Both the position numbers and the translations under genes were made by a program. A stretch of 64,000 nucleotides of DNA from Chlorokybus atmophyticus. Taxonomy: Eukaryota > Plantae > Mesostigma and Chlorokybus algae. The notes under the pieces are model-generated. The model had not been told where the DNA came from, made no database searches, and saw nothing but the letters and a program-made list of their open reading frames with translations. The DNA lies in the NCBI GenBank assembly GCA_009103225.1, contig RHPI01003511.1, forward strand, positions 1 through 64,000, read 5' to 3'. This document shows positions 23,588 through 34,604 of the stretch, piece by piece. How positions within the stretch are numbered: position 1 is the first letter of the stretch; every line of letters starts with the position of its first letter.

Positions 23588-26302
23588 ATGGCGGAAGGCG
23601 AGAGGTTAGCAGCAGCAGCAGGCGGCAGGAGCAAGCAGAGTATCAACTGCGCCTGCTGGCTGCTTCCTCTCCTGGGCTTGCTGGCCGGCGCTGAGGGACA
23701 GGTGCAGTTCACCAGAGGTGAGCAGTCAGTCAGTCAGTCAGTCAAGGCAGCAGCGTCAAAAAGTGACGCGCATGCACTTCCGAGGTTGACTAGTACAGTG
23801 ACCTGCATCAAGTCATGCAGACGCTTGAACCTTTCTGTTCCTTCATGTCCGTGTGATCACGTGTGTGTAACACACCTAGAGTGTAACACACCTACAGCAG
23901 TGTAGCCTTGAGTGTCTGATCGCGAGTGTTGATGCATGCAACGGGGTATGCAAAGGGCAGCGAGCAAGAAGGTGACAAAATGATTAACGTCAAGAGCTTG
24001 ACAAGAGCATATCACGGTAGCGTAGCATCATGGCACACTCTGTTGGGCATCCTCTATGTAGATTCAGTATGGCATGGGAGTTGGGCATTCTCGTACGACC
24101 ATGCCTAAAACTCATGCCATACTCTTAGGAGCATGGCATGCTCGTCGGTGTACATGTAGGTCAAGGATAGTGTAAAAGCATTGTATGAACAAAGCATGCT
24201 ACCAACCTGTTGGACCAAACCAGGTCGAAATCTGCTCCCTGGCGTGGTGGAGGCCACCAGTGTTGTGTGTGCGGGCAAGTTCTTCATCATTGGCGGCTTC
24301 GAATACGGTGAGGAGGCAAGAACAATGCTGAGCCGTTGTACATGGTTACTCATCAACGGATTATAGAGTGTATGTAACCCCTGCACTGTCAAAGGCACGA
24401 ACTACACGGCGGGCAACAAGACACGCCTGTGGACTTCGCAAGACCAGCCCTGGCGGCGCGTCGCGGACTTGCCCCAGGCACGTTGAGCAACGAACTCCAC
24501 CTACCATTGCATGGACAGCTCTAGTATATGATTCTGTTGACGCTGTGCATGCGGCTGTATACAACCCTTTGACAACGTCACCAACATGCACGCACGCACA
24601 GGCTCTGTCACATTCAGCGAGCGTCTGCGCGCAAGACAAGTACGTTGTGGTGCTTGGAGGTTAGTACGACAGGAGTTATGGCGCGATGTGATGTGCAACC
24701 ATTTTTTTAGAAGTCCTCTGCATTGCATTGGGCAACAATGTTGTTGAGTCCACTTATCTGATACATGTAACTCATTCAGGATTTCTGGGCCAGCATCCGG
24801 GTCCTCCGGTAGCCAATGTCTGGGCACTCGACATCAGAGCAAACAGGTATGAGATCTCATGCTTACTCAACATAAGCACGCGCAAGAGCTTCAACACGCG
24901 AGTATGGTGATCACAGACATGTGCGAGTATGCATGCTTGCTCACACACGAACGCCCTTATGCACAAACATACGCATACCCGCGCATGCGCATGCACACGA
25001 ACACCGGCACATACACCATCATGCAGCTGCACGCACGCGCGCACACACACACACACACAGATGGTGGGCCTGGCCTCGTCTTCCCGGTCCGCGCGGCGCG
25101 GGTACCGCCGTCATCCTCCACAACCGCATCTTCTTTATGGGCGGCACCTTCGGCATCGACCAGAGCCAACCCGTGATGGACGCACCGGACGTGTGGTCTC
25201 TCGACACGGGCCGACCTCTATCCCAGGAAGGAAAATGGCGAAGAGAAACACCCAACCCGAGACCCGCTAACCACCTTGGCGCTGTGTTGGTCGGGAGCGA
25301 TGATGATAGTGTGTATATGTATGTGCTTGGGGGACAGAGATTGGCGGACGATGAGAGAGGGGAGCTACGCACCGTGCAGGTGTTCGATGGGGTCACGTGG
25401 GGTGATTCAGAAAGATTGCCTGTCCCGCGATCGCACATGGGGGATAACTCGTTCGAGCTTGGGGAGTACGTGTTCAATATCGGTGGGACCTCCAACGGAC
25501 GAAAGGGTGGACGACCCGTGGATGACATCATCGTGTACAGCCCGCTCTTGCGCCGGTACACACATGAACCACAACACTGCATGCAGTTGTGATGATGACG
25601 GACACAATCACTGTGTTGGTCAGACAGCCACAACTGCCAATGACTGCGACACATTGCACGCACGCACGCACGCATCACCATCATCGGCATTGTCATCGGC
25701 GTGGTTGCTGTCCTGCAGGTGGGTGATATTGGACACAAAGTTGCCAGCGAGGGTGACAGTGGGGCCGACGGCAAAGTACGTGCCATTTGCCGACACCATC
25801 GTGTACACATGCTACTCACTAGCGTACTACATCGACCCCAGCTCACTACTTTCAGAAGCAGAGCTTGCGTTCTCACGTAAGTATGCACGACAGATGCAAC
25901 ATGTACACGCACACATACACCTGCATACACGTATGCACGGGAATATGCACGGAGACATAAACACCGCATCTACACACAGAGAGACACGCGCATGCATGCA
26001 CACACACATTCACTCAAGTACGCGCGCGCATGCCTGCATGCATGCAGAAGGCATTGGACATGCAACTGAGCCATCCTCATGCGCAGTTCCAGTTGAGCCC
26101 TGGAAGCCCACAGCTGTGCCTGTGCCGGCAAAGGACCCGTCGAGGAGTCCGGAGTACTCGTCTCAGCCTCACGTGGTGCAATAACATCAGACCAAAGAGA
26201 GATCACAAAGTTGTAGCTGAGTTGGAAGCTCAACTGCTAGAGCTGAATACATTCAGAACAAAACATGTTGAGAATATCGAGAGCAGGTTGGAGATTGTGT
26301 GA
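23588..26302 (+). CDS. Secreted Kelch-repeat (beta-propeller) protein of bacterial type, multi-exon
   Basis: Hydrophobic N-terminus CACWLLPLLGLLAGAEGQ. Kelch GG..W blades: FFIIGGFEY, VVVLGGFLGQHPGPPVANVWALD, WPRLPGPRGAG...FFMGG, NHLGAV...YVLGGQRLADDERGEL, LPVPRSH...FNIGG. The last exon and stop are less certain. Confidence 0.8.
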
Positions 26303-27168
26303 TATATTGAACAGCTGAGGTAGATCGGTCACCTGTAGAGGGCTGTGTGAGGAGCCTTTGCTCTTACCAATTTTGAATGTGCATAGTGTAGTCTAGAAAT
26401 TCACTGACTGTTGTTGTAGTTGTTGAGAGATGTCGATAGCATTGCACCGTTCTGCGGCATACTTGCACCGATGTCGTCCATGCGTCTCCTGATTGCATGA
26501 ATACGCTGCATCTGTGCACGGTGGTGACGACATATTTTCTCAGTTTCAGCACGCATGCATTTGCAATGCGCGAGGTCATTGTCTGTCTGGTAGTTGTGCT
26601 GTAGTTGTGAAGAATTGTAGATAGCATTGCACCGATCTGGGGGCGTACTTGTGCACCATATCCACCAATTTCTTCCATGTGTTTCTGCCTGCATGACCCG
26701 ATGCATTTAATTGATCTGCACACGGCAGTGATGAGAGGCTCCCTTAATTTGTTTCAGCACCCATGCAAGTAGGTGTGCATTTTACAATGCCATATCTGAT
26801 GCACACATGAGCATCTGTGTCTGCTGCGGGCTTGACGGATGAAACATATCAGTGCAGTGGGTGGTAGGCTATAGAGACTTGAAGCACAAGCAGTTATCAT
26901 TGCTAATCTGCAAACTTGATCATGGCGAGTACACAGCAGTCGCAGCGCTGCAATGCTATGCTGCATGCTGCTGTCAACTTTGTTGACATTACTACCATCT
27001 GATACTACTTGGTTGGTAGCAGCGCCGTGCTGGCGCTAATGAGTAGTGCCAGCACCATGCTGTGTATTGGCAGCAATGTAAAGCAGTACCCCTTCAACCC
27101 GTAACAACACACGCACACGCACACGCACACGCGGCAAGAGCGAGAGCGAGCGAGCGAGCGAGCGAGCG

Positions 27169-27207
<39 letters not shown>

Positions 27208-27369
27208 NNNNNNNNNNNNNNNNNNNNNNNNNNNNNNNNNNNNNNNNNNNNNNNNNNNNNNNNNNNNNNNNNNNNNNNNNNNNNNNNNNNNNNNNNNNNN
27301 NNNNNNNNNNNNNNNNNNNNNNNNNNNNNNNNNNNNNNNNNNNNNNNNNNNNNNNNNNNNNNNNNNNNN
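27208..27369. other. Assembly gap flanked by (GA)n and poly-G
   Basis: Run of N. Confidence 0.99.
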
Positions 27370-28086
27370 GGGGGGGGGGGGGGGGGGGGCTCCCGAGTTT
27401 TAAGTGCGATAACATCCGTTTGTTCTTGACAGCTTCTTTGGACAAGTGCTTGTACCAAGCACATACATACCTCATAGAGCGTTTCATGGGCCTGCGTTGC
27501 TTATAGGAAAAGCGCATTTTGCATGCCAGCGCTTTCCGTAGCAGTGTCATGTGCCTACATTTTCCAAGCGGGGCCGGCATGCAATACGAAGACTTGCACA
27601 TGACTCAATTGCTGTATATATGTGGAGCAGTGGAGCGTATCGTGCGGAGCGATGCAGAAAGCATGGTTACTTGACAAGTTGAAGGTACTTTCGTATCGTA
27701 TGTAGAAGTTGGGGTTGTAACTTGTTGGGCTATCGTAGCATGCATGGCTCAAATGCGTTACATTATATTGCAATTGCTATGGTTTCCAAATCGTGCAGCT
27801 CATATGATGCATGCATATATGAGCTGATTGCGTATTGCCTTCAAGACTTCAGTTGCAAATAACTTGTGACAAGTAATTCTGTTTGCTGACGACATGTTGG
27901 TAGCTTGAATAACGTTATTGTGTATAATATAAAAATTGAAAGTTATAATAATGAGCGATCATATAAATAATGGTTAAATTTATGCATATCACTTTTGTAT
28001 ACTTAATATCGAAAAAGTGTCAGCTATTATACATCGATGTATGATCATAATATGCTGAATTAATGTAACGTAAGCCATACCCGAAT

Positions 28087-28612
28087 TGTAACGGGAGCAA
28101 TAATAATAGGGGTATTATTGCTACCTAAATAACACATTTTGTATGAATAAGTATTCAAATATGCTTATTTATACCTCTTTTCTACGGTTCCTCGCTTATT
28201 AAAGGCTATGATGCTTTATCATAGCTTAAATAAGTCCCAATGGGTGTAGAACCGCTTATTCAAGCCTATTTAGTGTCACATTTGATATAATGTGATCACT
28301 ATCTCGTTAGGTACCTTACGATAGGTATCTTTGGATAGGTACCTTATCGATAGGTACCTTATCTGAGCTGTGATTGGCTCACGCTAGATTTCCTAACTAC
28401 CCTATCTGTAGGGTCGATGTCTAGTTGTGAGTTAATTATCGAGAGGCATATAGTTGATATACTCTTGATATAAAAGGTCACATCAATCTGATGTGGGGAC
28501 TTTCAGTTCTCTGCTCAGTGGCGGCCACGCCGTTGAAAGGCTTGTCATAGGCGGTGTGGGTGTTGGGGTAGAGGATTGAAGGGGCATCACCGGCGACGGT
28601 GGTGCTGTTACA
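28087..28612 (+). repeat. 5' LTR (526 bp)
   Basis: Starts TGTAACGGG and ends GTTACA. By eye it differs from the 3' LTR at one position (ggctatg vs ggctacg). TATA-like gatataaaagg is present. Confidence 0.97.
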
Positions 28613-28613
28613 T

Positions 28614-28626
28614 TGGTATCCAGGAG
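28614..28626 (+). other. Primer-binding site, Met-i-like with two extra bases (TGGTATCCAGGAGC)
   Basis: Immediately after the 5' LTR; the canonical plant Met-i PBS is TGGTATCAGAGC. Confidence 0.7.
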
Positions 28627-29549
28627 CTGGGGGGTGACGTGGGCACTTATAGGGGGCGGCGACCTGCTTTCGGCCAATCAGAAGCGTCGGCGGCGGCCTC
28701 CTATTCGTCCACGCAGCCCAAGCTTCAAATTCGCTTCCCTGCGCTACCTCCACGTTGAAGCCACCTATCAAAGAGGCGGCCTCTCCACGTGTGAGGTACC
28801 ATCACACGTCGGTGACTTGCCTGCTTGCCTGCTTGTCAGCTGCTTGCCAGGTGCTTGCCAAGTGCACGTGTGTACTTTCATGCACATCACACAGTGGCTT
28901 GCCAGTGCACTATCATTGCTTGCAGTGATTGCATGTCATTGCATGCGGTGATTGCGGCTTGCTAGTGTGTTATCACTGTTTGTCACACTTAGTGCACTGT
29001 CATTGCTTGCAGTGATTGCCTATCATTGCATGCGGTGATTGCTTGTCATTGTGCTTGCCAGTGCATGTCACAGTTAGTCACCGTGCGGCTTGCCTGTTGC
29101 ATGCCTGTGGCTTGCCTGTTGCATGCCTGTGACGTACCTGTGACCTGCCAGCGGCTTTGCCGGGTCGTTTGACCCGGGTCGGTAAGTTCCAAACCAAACT
29201 GTTCCCAAACCCTCCCCCTCTGGCTTCGGCCTGGAGATTGGGACTTGGTTAGGACAGTTGTGGGGAGGTTCTAGGACAATCTGTTCCCAAACCCTGTTAG
29301 TCTGAAACCCTCCCCCTCTGGCTTCGGCCTGGAGATTGGGACTTGGTTGAGGACAACACAGGGTTAGGACATTCTGGTCCCACTCAGACTTGTTCTGTTT
29401 GGTGACACTCCAGATCCAACCTTTCCTATTTTGGGACTGGTTTGGACTCTGTTTGGGACTTTTACAACTTGGGGTCATTTTGACCCTCTCGTTGAACCTG
29501 GTCCATTGGTGAGATTCTCACCATCCCATTCTGCCTATTTTGCAGGCAA

Positions 29550-30725
29550 ATGGAAGAAAACTCGGTGCCCACCTCAAAAGGGGAGAGCTCGGAAAAAGAG
29601 CAACCTTCCCGTGAGGAGGAATTTTCATCCATGGAAGATATTCCGAATCCGGATGATGCACCTGATGAGTCTCAAGCTGCTAAAGCTGCGGAAGCTTCAG
29701 TGGATGATAGATCACCTTCTATATTCCCTGAGTTTTCTATTCGCATGACACAGCAGGACTTGATGGAGCATTTCCTTAGTACCTATGATCAGGACCCTCG
29801 TGAGGCAATTGTCTCATTCATGAACTTTCTCTTCCTTTTGGCAGAAAAAGTTTCAAAGCTCACCACCTTTATGGGGCGAGATTGGGAGGGGCAGATGGGT
29901 GAAGGCAAACGTGTTCTGAATATGATCGAGCGTCTTCAGCGTGCTGACGGTGGTCCACCTGTTCAAGCACTTGCTCGTCCTGCCGAGTTTGTTCCCAACA
30001 AGCAAGCGGCCATCTTCGACTGGCTTGTGAAGTTGCGACACTATGTCAACTCCCTTCACATTTCTGAGGAGGGGAAATTGCGTGTAGCTGAGTTGCTGAT
30101 CCCAAACGATGCTTTGGCAGAGTGGTACCGCCGTAAGCAACGGGATACCAACCTCGGGCGGGAAGTAAATCAGTTGTGCTTTTTCATGGAGCAGCGCTAT
30201 GGTGGCGCAGATCCTGCCCAGGTTGCTCGCAACCAGCTGCACAACCTGCGTCAGAACGGGCGTCCGGTTCAGCAGTATATCCAGGATTTTCAGTCGTTTG
30301 TCAGCAAGATCAATGCTGGCAAACTACCTATCAGTGATGCTGATCAGCTGGATATGTTCAGGCGTGGCTTGGACACAGATCTCGTGCAGCATGTGGCCGT
30401 CAACCCCGCGAGTTTGCAAGAGTGGGCCTCGACGGATTTACCAATGCTGATGCAGATGGTTGCTGCTGTGGACAGTGTAAAACGCTCTCACGCCAACATG
30501 CAAACCACGGCAAAAGAGGCAGCCCCGGTTTCAGCTGCAAAGCGCCCGGCCACTGGCAACAAACCTTTTGTGAAAAAGGCGAAACCATCTCATCCTGCTG
30601 GCGCCTACAATGCGGCCAAATCCATCATCACTTGCAGTTTCTGCAAGAAGACAGGTCATGGGGAGGCTACGTGCTATGCAAAACAGAATGCACAGAAGGC
30701 CAAGCAGCAGAGAGAAAAGAAATAG
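29550..30725 (+). CDS. gag: Retrotransposon Gag
   Basis: 391-aa ORF with retrotransposon-gag core (QVARNQLHNLRQNGRPVQQYIQDF...FRRGL) and CCHC knuckle CSFCKKTGHGEATC. Ends at TAG 30723-30725. Confidence 0.93.
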   Translation: MEENSVPTSKGESSEKEQPSREEEFSSMEDIPNPDDAPDESQAAKAAEASVDDRSPSIFPEFSIRMTQQDLMEHFLSTYDQDPREAIVSFMNFLFLLAEKVSKLTTFMGRDWEGQMGEGKRVLNMIERLQRADGGPPVQALARPAEFVPNKQAAIFDWLVKLRHYVNSLHISEEGKLRVAELLIPNDALAEWYRRKQRDTNLGREVNQLCFFMEQRYGGADPAQVARNQLHNLRQNGRPVQQYIQDFQSFVSKINAGKLPISDADQLDMFRRGLDTDLVQHVAVNPASLQEWASTDLPMLMQMVAAVDSVKRSHANMQTTAKEAAPVSAAKRPATGNKPFVKKAKPSHPAGAYNAAKSIITCSFCKKTGHGEATCYAKQNAQKAKQQREKK

Positions 30726-33700
30726 GAATTGTCCGTGGTTGGTAGCTTAGTCGAGCAGAACGACTTTAAAAACTCTGTACTTCTTGATAAAGTTTCCTCT
30801 CTTTGTGATGTATCAGATGTATGGACTGATATGAGCACGCCACATGTGTTGAGAAATGCAAACGGTTGTGTTTTAATCAATGTTCCATTCTCTGAATTAG
30901 TAACTGCTGTTACGCACTTACACAAGTTGCAATTACAACATGCTGTCACTGCATGTGTAGTTATCCCTCGATATCATGGCCCGTGGTCACGATTGTTGAA
31001 AGGGGGAGAAGTAATCATGCAACTCTCACGCAAAGATACAGGAGCTTCACCATTGCAAGTGATCTTGATCAAGTCTGCTACCAATCACGGCACTCCGACA
31101 TTAGCTACATTTGATGGTCACTCAGTGCCACTCAAATGGAGATTTGAGAGTCAACTTATGAATACACCATGTACAGCATTGATTGATACTGGTGCAAACC
31201 ATAACTTTGTTGAACATGCTTGGGTGAAACGTAATAACATTCCTTTCACACCAGTCACGTCGTATGTACGTGCTGCTGGTTCCACTCTCAATGCAATGGG
31301 AGAGGTAAAAGGACGTTTTGTTATTAATGGCCATAAAACCCGACCAGCCTTCATCGTGGTGGATATTAGTATCCCCGGGGTGGATGTTGTTTTAGGGGAA
31401 CAATGGCACACTAAAGCAGGTTTACAATTACACTCTCGAGCCAATACGTGCACCCTTCGTAAAGGGAAACGTACGATGACTTTAACAGCATATGTACTCG
31501 CACGTATACCACGCGATAATGTTCCGCTCCTCTCTGCTATGCAATTGAAACGTTGCATGCGTAAACGTGAGGAAGTATACTTACTGCACTTACAACAGGT
31601 GGAAACACCTGCTGAACAGGCTATCAGTGACCCTGTGGTGCAGTCACTTACGGAACAATACGCAGATGTATTTCAGGATGAACTCCTAGAGTTGCCTCCC
31701 GATCGAAACATACATCATACCATTCCGTTAGAAAAGGGGGCAAAGCCACCTTGGCGGCCTATATACAGGCTAAGTCCCTTAGAACACGCGGACATGGAAA
31801 AACAGCTCAAAGAGTTATTGGACAAAGGTTTAATAACAAAGAGCATATCTCCTTTTGGTGCACCAATTTTGTTCGTGCCCAAAAAGAATGGCAAGCTACG
31901 CATGTGTATTGATTACCGTGCGTTGAACAAGGTCACTGTGAAAAACAGATACCCTTTGCCTCGGATTGATGATTTGTTTGATAAGCTGTCAGGTGCAACA
32001 GTGTTCAGCACGCTGGATTTGACCAGTGGTTATCATCAAATCAAAATCCACCCGTCGGATATACAAAAAACTGCATTTCGCACCCCACTAGGACACTTTG
32101 AGTATAAAGTGTTACCATTTGGGTTAACAAATGCACCGGCTACATTTCAGACAGCAATGAACGCGGTATTTGCTGATGAATTGTACAAGTTTGTACTGGT
32201 ATATCTAGACGACATTATTGTGTTCAGCAAAACCCGGGAGGACCACCACAAACATGTGGAATTGGTTCTAGCTAAATTACGCGAACACAAATTCTATGCC
32301 AACCTGTCCAAATGCAACTTTGCAAAGGATGAACTACCCTTTTTAGGGCATGTGATTGGCAAAGAAGGATTGAAACCAGATCCTCAAAAGGTGTGTGCGG
32401 TAAAGGCTTGGCCACCACCCAAGGATGTACATCAGTTACGTACTTTCTTGGGGCTAGCCAATTATTTCCGCAAGTTCATGCGAGCATATTCTGGCATGGC
32501 AAACCCTTTAACATCTTTACTAAAAAAAGATGTTAAATTTGTGTGGACGGAGGCACACGAGGTTGCTTTTACACGCATCAAAGATGCATTAACACAAGCC
32601 CCTGTGTTAGCCTTCCCCGACCACACCAAGCCTTTTGTGGTGATCAGTGATGCTTCCATCATTGGGTGTGGGGCAGTCCTTCTACAAGATGACAGACCAT
32701 GTGCATATGAAAGCAGAAAGTTCATTCCTGCTGAACGTAATTACACAACCACTGAGCAGGAATTGCTCGGGGTGGTGCACGCGCTGCGCACATGGCGTTG
32801 CTACTTGGAAGGGGTGGAGTTTTCAGTGATTACTGATCACAACCCGCTCACATTCTTTCATACGCAACAAAATCTGTCGAGGCGGCAAGCTAGGTGGAAT
32901 GAATTCATTTCTCGTTTCACTTTCACTTGGCAATACCGTCCGGGTCGCACCAATGTGGCGGATCCACTAAGTCGCAGCCCTGCTCTTTTGGCACTTACGC
33001 GCTCTCGAAGTACGCGTAATGTACAACAGCCTGAAGATCCTTTCTTAAAGGAAGTGTCCGCAGGTTATAACTCAGATGTTTGGTTTAGCAGCCAAACCAA
33101 CTTGCAACAGCTTACTGCTGTTAGCAATCTGTGGTATAAAGGGGAGCAGTTGGCAATTCCCAACTCGGGCGACTTACGTAAGCAATGCTTACATTCAGTG
33201 CATGACCCGCCGTATGCTGGGCATTTGGGGAAACACAAAACACTCAAATCTGCGCAACAGTTATACTGGTGGCCGTCAATGTCAGCTGACGTGGATCAAT
33301 ATGTTCGCACATGTGACGTGTGTCAACGTAATAAGCCACTACGACAAAAACAAGCGGGATTGCTTAAACCATTGGCAATTCCAGAACAAAAGTGGGATAG
33401 TGTCAGTATGGATTTGATTACTGACCTACCTGAAACAGCAGCTAAATACACTGCTATTGTGGTTTTTGTCGACCGTTTGACTAAAATGGTGCATTTTGCC
33501 CCGTGTTGCACAACTGTAAGTGCACGGGACTTGGCACACTTATTTGTGTCCACGGTCTTTCGCGTTCACGGTATACCGCGTGAACTTGTCACAGATCGTG
33601 ATCCTCGTTTTGTCTCCAAGTTTTGGCGAGAAGTCTGTGAATTGTTGGGGGTAAAACAAAGCATGTCGACTGCTTTCCACCCGCAAACGGACGGTCAAAC

Positions 33701-34457
33701 TGAGCGAGCAAATCAAATACTGGAAGAGATGCTTCGCCACTATGTGGCTCCTAATCATGCTGATTGGGACAGGTACTTGCCAATGGCAGAGTTCGCTGTG
33801 AACAACGCGTGGCAAGAAAGTGTAAAGGAAACCCCATTTTTCTTGAATTATGGGATTCGCCCAAACACACCAGCGTCATTGCGTGTACCTCGCCCTGCCG
33901 TGTTTGTACCAGCGGCAAAGGAATTTGCCACTAATATGCAAGAAAATTTGGCTCGAGCCAAGCTGTGTCTGTCAGAAGCACAGGACAGGCAAAAAGCTTA
34001 TGCTGATACACATCGAAAAATGGCCACTTTCGATGTCGGCGATAAAGTTTTGCTTAATGCAAAAAACATAACCATCAAAGGTACGGGTGCTCGCAAGTTG
34101 CTGCCCCGATGGTTAGGTCCTTTCTCTATCATTGATAGAGTTGGTACGCACGCTTATCGACTGCAATTGCCCCCAAGTGTGCGTATACACAACGTGTTCC
34201 ATGTGAACTTGTTGAAACCTTACCGCTCAGACGGTAGAACACAGCCTCCACCACCGCCAGTTGAGGTGGACAGCGAGCTCGAATATGAGGTGGAAGCTAT
34301 ATTAAACCATAAGCTAAATAGTCGTGGACGCGCAACTCGCTATCTGGTGAAATGGAAAGGGTATGGCCCGGAACATAACAGTTGGGAGCCCGATAGGCAT
34401 CTTACGCACTGCCGCGAGTTGCTTCGAGCTTATTGGGATTCAAGTCCTGTCTCATAA
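30726..34457 (+). CDS. pol: Retrotransposon Pol: extra N-terminal module, protease, RT, RNase H, integrase, chromodomain
   Basis: Same frame as gag with no ATG at the start. LIDTGA (PR), YLDD (RT), SDAS (RH), H-H-C-C and DDE (IN), GPF motif, EYEVEAILNH...YLVKWKGYGPEHNSWEP (chromodomain). No internal stops over 1243 codons. Confidence 0.96.
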   Translation, partial: ELSVVGSLVEQNDFKNSVLLDKVSSLCDVSDVWTDMSTPHVLRNANGCVLINVPFSELVTAVTHLHKLQLQHAVTACVVIPRYHGPWSRLLKGGEVIMQLSRKDTGASPLQVILIKSATNHGTPTLATFDGHSVPLKWRFESQLMNTPCTALIDTGANHNFVEHAWVKRNNIPFTPVTSYVRAAGSTLNAMGEVKGRFVINGHKTRPAFIVVDISIPGVDVVLGEQWHTKAGLQLHSRANTCTLRKGKRTMTLTAYVLARIPRDNVPLLSAMQLKRCMRKREEVYLLHLQQVETPAEQAISDPVVQSLTEQYADVFQDELLELPPDRNIHHTIPLEKGAKPPWRPIYRLSPLEHADMEKQLKELLDKGLITKSISPFGAPILFVPKKNGKLRMCIDYRALNKVTVKNRYPLPRIDDLFDKLSGATVFSTLDLTSGYHQIKIHPSDIQKTAFRTPLGHFEYKVLPFGLTNAPATFQTAMNAVFADELYKFVLVYLDDIIVFSKTREDHHKHVELVLAKLREHKFYANLSKCNFAKDELPFLGHVIGKEGLKPDPQKVCAVKAWPPPKDVHQLRTFLGLANYFRKFMRAYSGMANPLTSLLKKDVKFVWTEAHEVAFTRIKDALTQAPVLAFPDHTKPFVVISDASIIGCGAVLLQDDRPCAYESRKFIPAERNYTTTEQELLGVVHALRTWRCYLEGVEFSVITDHNPLTFFHTQQNLSRRQARWNEFISRFTFTWQYRPGRTNVADPLSRSPALLALTRSRSTRNVQQPEDPFLKEVSAGYNSDVWFSSQTNLQQLTAVSNLWYKGEQLAIPNSGDLRKQCLHSVHDPPYAGHLGKHKTLKSAQQLYWWPSMSADVDQYVRTCDVCQRNKPLRQKQAGLLKPLAIPEQKWDSVSMDLITDLPETAAKYTAIVVFVDRLTKMVHFAPCCTTVSARDLAHLFVSTVFRVHGIPRELVTDRDPRFVSKFWREVCELLGVKQSMSTAFHPQTDGQTERANQILEEMLRHYVAPNHADWDRYLPMAEFAVNNAWQESVKETPFFLNYGIRPNTPASLRVPRPAVFVPAAKEFATNMQENLARAKLCLSEAQDRQKAYADTHRKMATFDVGDKVLLNAKNITIKGTGARKLLPRWLGPFSIIDRVGTHAYRLQLPPSVRIHNVFHVNLLKPYRSDGRTQPPPPPVEVDSELEYEVEAILNHKLNSRGRATRYLVKWKGYGPEHNSWEPDRHLTHCRELLRAYWDSSPVS

Positions 34458-34592
34458 ACTGTGGGCTTGGTTTTATGACAGACTGGCAGTGCAGTTTCAT
34501 TACCACCCTGTCATTTCCTGCTATCTCACTGGTTACAATTACTCGAAATCAAGCCTGATCAACTTGAGTTTAACGAGGACGTTGAAAACCTA

Positions 34593-34604
34593 AGTGGGGG
34601 GGAA
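34593..34604 (+). other. Polypurine tract
   Basis: Purine-rich agtgggggggaa directly before the 3' LTR. Confidence 0.85.

Noticed and set aside
26400-26720. Short duplicated gatagcattgcaccg block and minus-strand ORFs
   Set aside because: Too short and degenerate to assign.
29074-29085. ttagtcaccgtg resembling the Plavaka terminus (also ggtgactgact near 16050)
   Set aside because: Matches of 11-12 bp only, with no subterminal repeats; compatible with chance.
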